This document shows positions 59,858 through 64,000 of a stretch of 64,000 nucleotides of DNA, one piece after another. The notes beneath the pieces are model-generated. The model was given only the letters and a program-made list of their open reading frames with translations, was not told where the DNA came from and searched no databases. Source of the stretch: Clostridium sp. GTDB lineage: Bacteria > Bacillota > Clostridia > Clostridiales > Clostridiaceae. The translations under genes were made by a program, and so were the position numbers. The DNA lies in contig NZ_JBOITN010000045.1 of NCBI RefSeq assembly GCF_050717545.1, forward strand, positions 3,561 through 67,560, given 5' to 3'. Positions within the stretch are counted from its first letter, which is position 1, and each line of letters begins with the position of its first letter.

Positions 59858-60796
59858 CTACCTATAAAATTGTAAATTATCTCTAAACCAATTTATTGTA
59901 TTATTAAGTCCATCATTTATTTCAACATTAGGTTTCCAGTTTAGTTTTTCATAAACCTTTTTATTATCACTAACCCACATTCGAGGTTCATATTGCCTAT
60001 TCGGATCATCCTGCCAGTTAATTTTTACTTCCTTACCAATTAGGTTAACTATATTACATGTAATTTCTTCAGTTGTATATTGCAATCCACTTCCTATATT
60101 AAATGTTTCTCCATAACTATTAAATAACTTGCTTGTAGCTAAGTAAGCTTCAATTACATCATCAATAAATATAAAGTCTCTAACAGAGTCCATGCGAGAT
60201 AATTTAAGCTCTTTTCCAAAAAGACATGAGGTAATAACTGTTGGTATTAATCTGGTTTTAGCATCATAATAACCGTAGGGTGAAAATAATCTAAGAGTTA
60301 CTAGAGGCAATTTGTTTATTTTTGCATATGTGCTGCATAAAGTAGTACCAGCTACCTTACTTGCACCATACATATTATTTGGTGTTAGGTTCATATCCTC
60401 GCACATTGGCTTTAACTTTTCCCCATATTCTGAGGAACTGCTAGTATTCACAAACATTTCTAATCCCTTTTTAGAAAATTCACGAAACAAATTAAACGTT
60501 CCAATAACATTTGTATTTATAACTTCATCTACTTTGCTTTGATAATGATATCCTCCATAAGTAGCTAAATGGTAAACACTATCTATACATATAATCCTAG
60601 CCAATTTAGATATTTCATCACTATTGAGTAAATCTACATTATGAATTTCTATATCCTTTAATACATCTTGTAGTCTCCATAAATTAGTTTTATCCCTTGT
60701 TATTATATGAATCTTATTACCATCTTTTAGTAACTTTCTAGCTAAACAAGATCCTACAAATCCACTAGCACCTGTAATTAAAACGTCCTTTCCCAT
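59858..60796 (-). CDS. NAD(P)-dependent extended-SDR sugar epimerase/reductase
   Basis: VLITGASGFVGS Rossmann motif and YGASK catalytic motif. 312 aa. One nucleotide separates it from the upstream stop. Confidence 0.8.
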   Translation of the reverse strand: MGKDVLITGASGFVGSCLARKLLKDGNKIHIITRDKTNLWRLQDVLKDIEIHNVDLLNSDEISKLARIICIDSVYHLATYGGYHYQSKVDEVINTNVIGTFNLFREFSKKGLEMFVNTSSSSEYGEKLKPMCEDMNLTPNNMYGASKVAGTTLCSTYAKINKLPLVTLRLFSPYGYYDAKTRLIPTVITSCLFGKELKLSRMDSVRDFIFIDDVIEAYLATSKLFNSYGETFNIGSGLQYTTEEITCNIVNLIGKEVKINWQDDPNRQYEPRMWVSDNKKVYEKLNWKPNVEINDGLNNTINWFRDNLQFYR

Positions 60797-60797
60797 A

Positions 60798-61880
60798 TCA
60801 AACTCCCACGTGATCTGTTTTACTTACGTAATTTTCTATTTGATTAACACATGTTTCAAACATATCTTTATTATTTGATTGTTTATACCAATCTACAGTA
60901 AGTTTAATTGCTTCTTCTACAGTGAGTTTCGGTGACCATTTTAAATAGGTCTTTGCCTTAGTACAATCTAATTTTAATAAATTCGCTTCATGAGGTGCAT
61001 TTTCTTGCGATGTATCTAAACACTTGCCACTTCCCCATTCCATAATTATTCCATCTACAATGCGACCTACCGATACTATAGAATCTCCATCTGGTCCAAA
61101 ATTCCAACCGCTACAATAACTCTCACCATCTTCATACATTTTGGAGGCAAGTTGTAGATATCCACTTAATGGCTCAAGTACATGCTGCCAAGGTCTAATT
61201 GCCTTTGGATTTCTAAGTTGAATATCTTTATTCTCTTTTAAGGCCCTTATGCAATCAGGGATTATTCTATCTCTTGACCAGTCCCCACCCCCAATAACGT
61301 TTCCTGCACGAGCAGAAGCTATGGCTTTACCGTGGAATTTATAATTCTTAGGATTAATAAACGAATTTCTATATGAATCTATCAGTATTTCACAACACCC
61401 TTTACTAGAACTGTAAGGATCATACCCGCCCATTGGATCATCTTCTCTATATCCCCATATCTGTTCTATATTTTTATAACACTTATCTGTAGTTATCATA
61501 ACGGTGACCTTAACACTCCCTGAGTTTTTAATACATTCTAGAACATTTAGGGTCCCCATTACATTTGTTTCATAGGTGTCCTTTGGATTTACGTAAGACT
61601 CTTTTACTAATGCTTGAGCTGCTAGGTGAAAAACAATCTCTGGCTTATATATATTAAAAACTTCTATAAGATTTTTATACTCTCTAATATCTCCTCTAAT
61701 ATCTGTAACTCTATCCTTTAATTTACTAACTACAAAATTATCATCTTTTGTATATGGGTCAAGCCCATATCCTATAACTGTAGCTCCTAATTTCTTAAGC
61801 CAAATAGAGAGCCACGAGCCTTTAAACCCTGTATGACCAGTAATTAAAACTCTTTTGCCCTTATAGAAGTTGTTAAACAT
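60798..61880 (-). CDS. rfbG: CDP-glucose 4,6-dehydratase
   Basis: FYKGKRVLITGHTGFKGSWLS and YSSSK. The ATG at 61880 lies 2 nt after the rfbF stop; the listed extension to 61922 overlaps rfbF. Confidence 0.85.
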   Translation of the reverse strand: MFNNFYKGKRVLITGHTGFKGSWLSIWLKKLGATVIGYGLDPYTKDDNFVVSKLKDRVTDIRGDIREYKNLIEVFNIYKPEIVFHLAAQALVKESYVNPKDTYETNVMGTLNVLECIKNSGSVKVTVMITTDKCYKNIEQIWGYREDDPMGGYDPYSSSKGCCEILIDSYRNSFINPKNYKFHGKAIASARAGNVIGGGDWSRDRIIPDCIRALKENKDIQLRNPKAIRPWQHVLEPLSGYLQLASKMYEDGESYCSGWNFGPDGDSIVSVGRIVDGIIMEWGSGKCLDTSQENAPHEANLLKLDCTKAKTYLKWSPKLTVEEAIKLTVDWYKQSNNKDMFETCVNQIENYVSKTDHVGV

Positions 61881-61882
61881 AT

Positions 61883-62653
61883 CTACTTCTTTACACTCCA
61901 TAAATGCTCTCCTTTGTCCCATAACTTATTTACGGCTTGAACATCTTTTATAGTATCTATAGCAACCCAAAAGCCATTATGCTCATAAACCGCAAGTTCA
62001 TTATCCTTTGCGAGATTTTTAATGGGTTCTTGTTCAAAAAAACAATCTTCACTAGGTAAATAGTCAAAAACATCTTTATTTAATACCATAAATCCCCCGT
62101 TGACCAAGTCCTTTAAAATAGGTTTTTCTTTAAACGACTTAATAATTCCGTCTTCAACCTCCATAACCCCAAAAGGAGAAATAGGATTTACTCCTGTAAG
62201 CGTTCCAATCCTACCTTTTTTCCTATGAAATTCTAAGAGTGCTAAGATATTTACGTTGCTTAATCCATCACCATAAGTAAACATAAATTCCTTACCATCT
62301 ATATACTTCTCTACCTGTTTTAACCTTCCACCAGTAAGCGTTTCAGTACCAGTGTCAACAATGGTTATATTCCATTTTTCTTCTTCCTTTGTATGATATT
62401 CTAATTTTCTATCACCGCTTAAATGCATTGTAAAGTCATTATTTCTCCAGTACATATCCATAAAATATTGCTTTATCATTTCTCCTTTGTACCCAACACA
62501 TAAAATAAAATCATTAAATCCGTAACTTGAATATATTTTCATTATATGCCACAAAATAGGTTTACCGCCAATCTCAACTAGAGGTTTAGGACGATACTCT
62601 GTTTCTTCGCGCATACGTGTTCCTTTACCACCACAAAGTATTACTACTTTCAT
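61883..62653 (-). CDS. rfbF: Glucose-1-phosphate cytidylyltransferase
   Basis: MKVVILCGGKGTRMREETEYRPKPLVEIGGKPILWHIM is the RfbF signature. 256 aa. Confidence 0.9.
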   Translation of the reverse strand: MKVVILCGGKGTRMREETEYRPKPLVEIGGKPILWHIMKIYSSYGFNDFILCVGYKGEMIKQYFMDMYWRNNDFTMHLSGDRKLEYHTKEEEKWNITIVDTGTETLTGGRLKQVEKYIDGKEFMFTYGDGLSNVNILALLEFHRKKGRIGTLTGVNPISPFGVMEVEDGIIKSFKEKPILKDLVNGGFMVLNKDVFDYLPSEDCFFEQEPIKNLAKDNELAVYEHNGFWVAIDTIKDVQAVNKLWDKGEHLWSVKK

Positions 62654-62703
62654 TAATTTTCACCACCATAATTAATTAAGAAAATTCAGTTTATATTTAC
62701 TCT

Positions 62704-62731
62704 ATACTTTATGTGGAATGCAAATAGGAAG
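62704..62731 (-). promoter_or_regulatory. Candidate sigma-K-type (late mother-cell) promoter of the sugar operon
   Basis: The minus strand reads AC-N17-CATAAAGTA (consensus AC-N16/17-CATANNNTA). It lies about 50 nt upstream of rfbF. Confidence 0.3.
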
Positions 62732-62901
62732 TGCCTATTTATGAAGATGTTTTATAATTATTTATATACTTACATGAATTTAAATAATTTACCACCAAAT
62801 TAATTTTTAGTATATTGTTTTATTTGTAGTATTCCTATCAATCAATGTTGTATCTCTTAACCACTATATACTTTTTATTAAAAATATTATCCTTATGTAA
62901 A

Positions 62902-62944
62902 TAAGCCACATTCCTAGTAAATATAGCATAGGAATATGGCTTAT
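62902..62944 (-). terminator. Hairpin after the collagen-like protein gene
   Basis: 15-bp stem taagccacattccta / taggaatatggctta (one mismatch). The T-tail is weak. Confidence 0.5.
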
Positions 62945-62968
62945 AAATATTTCACATCTTGTAGCAAA

Positions 62969-64000
62969 CTAATCCAAACGAATAATAGTTACTTGAGCTC
63001 CTATTGAAGGCGCTAAGTCAGTTGTTAATGGAATAGCTGAATTGTTTTGTAAGGTAATTACGTCTCCAGCTACAAGTGATATAATAGCGTCTCCAGAAAC
63101 TTCTCCAGTAGAAACTAAAACTGAAACTGTAGTAGATGCATCCACTGTTCCATTTATTGCAATTGAGATTGCAGAACCTACTCCACTAGTAATGTTTACA
63201 CTATAATAAATTTGGTAATTCCCAGTGGTTGTAACTGTTATTGTAGTTGTTCCCGCTGTATGAGTAATATTTGATAAAGGTCCATTATTACTGAAAGGCA
63301 CATCAACACCACCGATTACTGTTGCATCAGCTATTATAGCAAGTTGATAAACATAGCCGAACGCAGCCAGTCCCGCTCCAGTTGCTCCTGTAGTTCCTGT
63401 AGAACCGGTTACCCCCGTAACTCCTGTTACTCCAGTAGTTCCTGTTACTCCAGTTGCTCCGGTAAAACCTGTAGGTCCAATTAAACTAGAACCTGTATCT
63501 AGCCAACAAGAATCAAGTAGAAGCACCGGTGCTGGTAATATTGTTGTTCTATAACCTACAATGAAACTAGCTGGACTTGTTGCGCTTGCCCATCCAACTG
63601 CAAATGACAAGTTAGCAATTGTATTTCCAGAACTAGATATATAGGTGGTGCCTGTAGAACTTGTATCAATACCGATTAGGCCTTTCCCAGCAGTGTTTTG
63701 GACATTATTTCCTACAACCTGTATAAACTTGAAAATACTAAGATTAGGACTATTTAGTAGGACTGGTACGTTACCTTCATTTATTGTGGTATTGTTATTA
63801 ATATACAATTGGAAATTAAAACCAATAAATTCCTCGATGACTACCAAGTGTCTGAGAGTAAATGGAGAAGCTACTTGGCTGTTATTGTCTATTAATAACT
63901 GACCTTGAAGAGTCCCTCCAGCAACTGAAATATTTGTAATATCAATAAATCTACAATTCGTAGGTCCTGAGTCAGATACAAATGTGTTATTGGCAATAAT
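62969..64000 (-). CDS. Collagen-like (GXT-repeat) protein with BclA-type C-terminal domain; 5' end lies beyond the window
   Basis: 12 G-X-Y triplets, then a beta-rich C-terminal domain of about 130 aa like BclA-C. The frame stays open from 63847 to 64000 (51 further codons, no stop), so the listed TTG start is an artefact. Confidence 0.8.
   Translation of the reverse strand: MIANNTFVSDSGPTNCRFIDITNISVAGGTLQGQLLIDNNSQVASPFTLRHLVVIEEFIGFNFQLYINNNTTINEGNVPVLLNSPNLSIFKFIQVVGNNVQNTAGKGLIGIDTSSTGTTYISSSGNTIANLSFAVGWASATSPASFIVGYRTTILPAPVLLLDSCWLDTGSSLIGPTGFTGATGVTGTTGVTGVTGVTGSTGTTGATGAGLAAFGYVYQLAIIADATVIGGVDVPFSNNGPLSNITHTAGTTTITVTTTGNYQIYYSVNITSGVGSAISIAINGTVDASTTVSVLVSTGEVSGDAIISLVAGDVITLQNNSAIPLTTDLAPSIGAQVTIIRLD
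63374..63478 (-). repeat. Collagen-like triplet repeat (coding)
   Basis: GPT GFT GAT GVT GTT GVT GVT GVT GST GTT GAT GAG. The DNA has 9-bp periodicity (ggtaacnccagt-like units). Confidence 0.9.

Noticed and set aside
61881-61922. N-terminal extension (MGQRRAFMECKEVD) of the CDP-glucose 4,6-dehydratase ORF. Similar listed extensions occur at 1741-1818, 29525-29551, 33812-33832, 42802-42816, 46026-46052, 48845-48862, 49628-49648, 50142-50156 and 59846-59857.
   Set aside because: The extensions overlap the upstream gene or lack an RBS. An internal ATG sits at the correct distance from a GGAGG-type RBS and gives the family-typical N-terminus.
63374-63478. Short-period DNA repeat that might be mistaken for a CRISPR or VNTR locus.
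   Set aside because: The periodicity is 9 bp and lies in frame inside a long ORF, encoding GXT collagen triplets. There are no spacers or repeat-spacer architecture, and no cas genes are in the window.
1-64000. Searched for tRNA/rRNA genes, riboswitch or T-box leaders, transposases, integrases, toxin-antitoxin pairs and known defence-system genes.
   Set aside because: I could recognise none. The long leaders (for example 29525-29830 and 38741-38988) lack conserved riboswitch cores. The PIN-PhoH protein is the housekeeping YlaK type, not a TA toxin with a partner gene.

Overview
AT-rich, gene-dense chromosomal segment. Gene content and GGAGG-type ribosome-binding sites point to a spore-forming Clostridium-like Firmicute. 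I found no rRNA, tRNA, CRISPR array, transposase or integrase. All family calls rest on motifs read by eye in the supplied translations; no database search was run.

Left to right:
- 1-13.0 kb: an Rrf2 regulator, then a minus-strand operon joining an Opp/Dpp-type ABC importer to intracellular CE2-like esterase, GH2 beta-mannosidase and GH3 beta-glucosidase genes.
- 13.2-16.4 kb: a flavodiiron protein co-transcribed with an unusual acyl-CoA dehydrogenase / ETF-alpha / rubredoxin fusion.
- 16.7-19.9 kb: a PIN-PhoH ATPase, a histidine-kinase relic and a VanW-family gene.
- 20.2-27.1 kb: a cellobiose-type PTS operon (IIA, GrdB N-domain-only protein, IIB, IIC, DUF871/MupG-like) with a clear -24/-12 promoter and its LevR-like sigma-54 activator.
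- 27.2-31.4 kb: a lipoprotein, an amino-acid permease, a decayed gap and a 2-hydroxyacid dehydrogenase.
- 31.5-38.3 kb: an OmpR/HK two-component system, two tandem MacB-type fused ABC proteins and a CPYC redoxin.
- 38.4-46.1 kb: two paralogous small acidic proteins bracketing two aldo/keto reductases, then malic enzyme, a lipoprotein, a GxGYxYP protein and a PTP-like phytase.
- 46.3-50.2 kb: YqeY, an unlisted 48-codon membrane protein, an MBL hydrolase, an Isf-like flavoprotein and rubrerythrin.
- 50.3-64.0 kb: a glycan island next to a collagen-like BclA-type protein that runs off the window. It holds glycosyltransferases (two decayed copies), RfbF, RfbG, RfbH/E1, an SDR and a YerE-like ThDP enzyme.

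The best candidates for new biology are the predicted branched 3,6-dideoxyhexose pathway beside the collagen-like protein and the ACAD-ETF-rubredoxin/flavodiiron pair.
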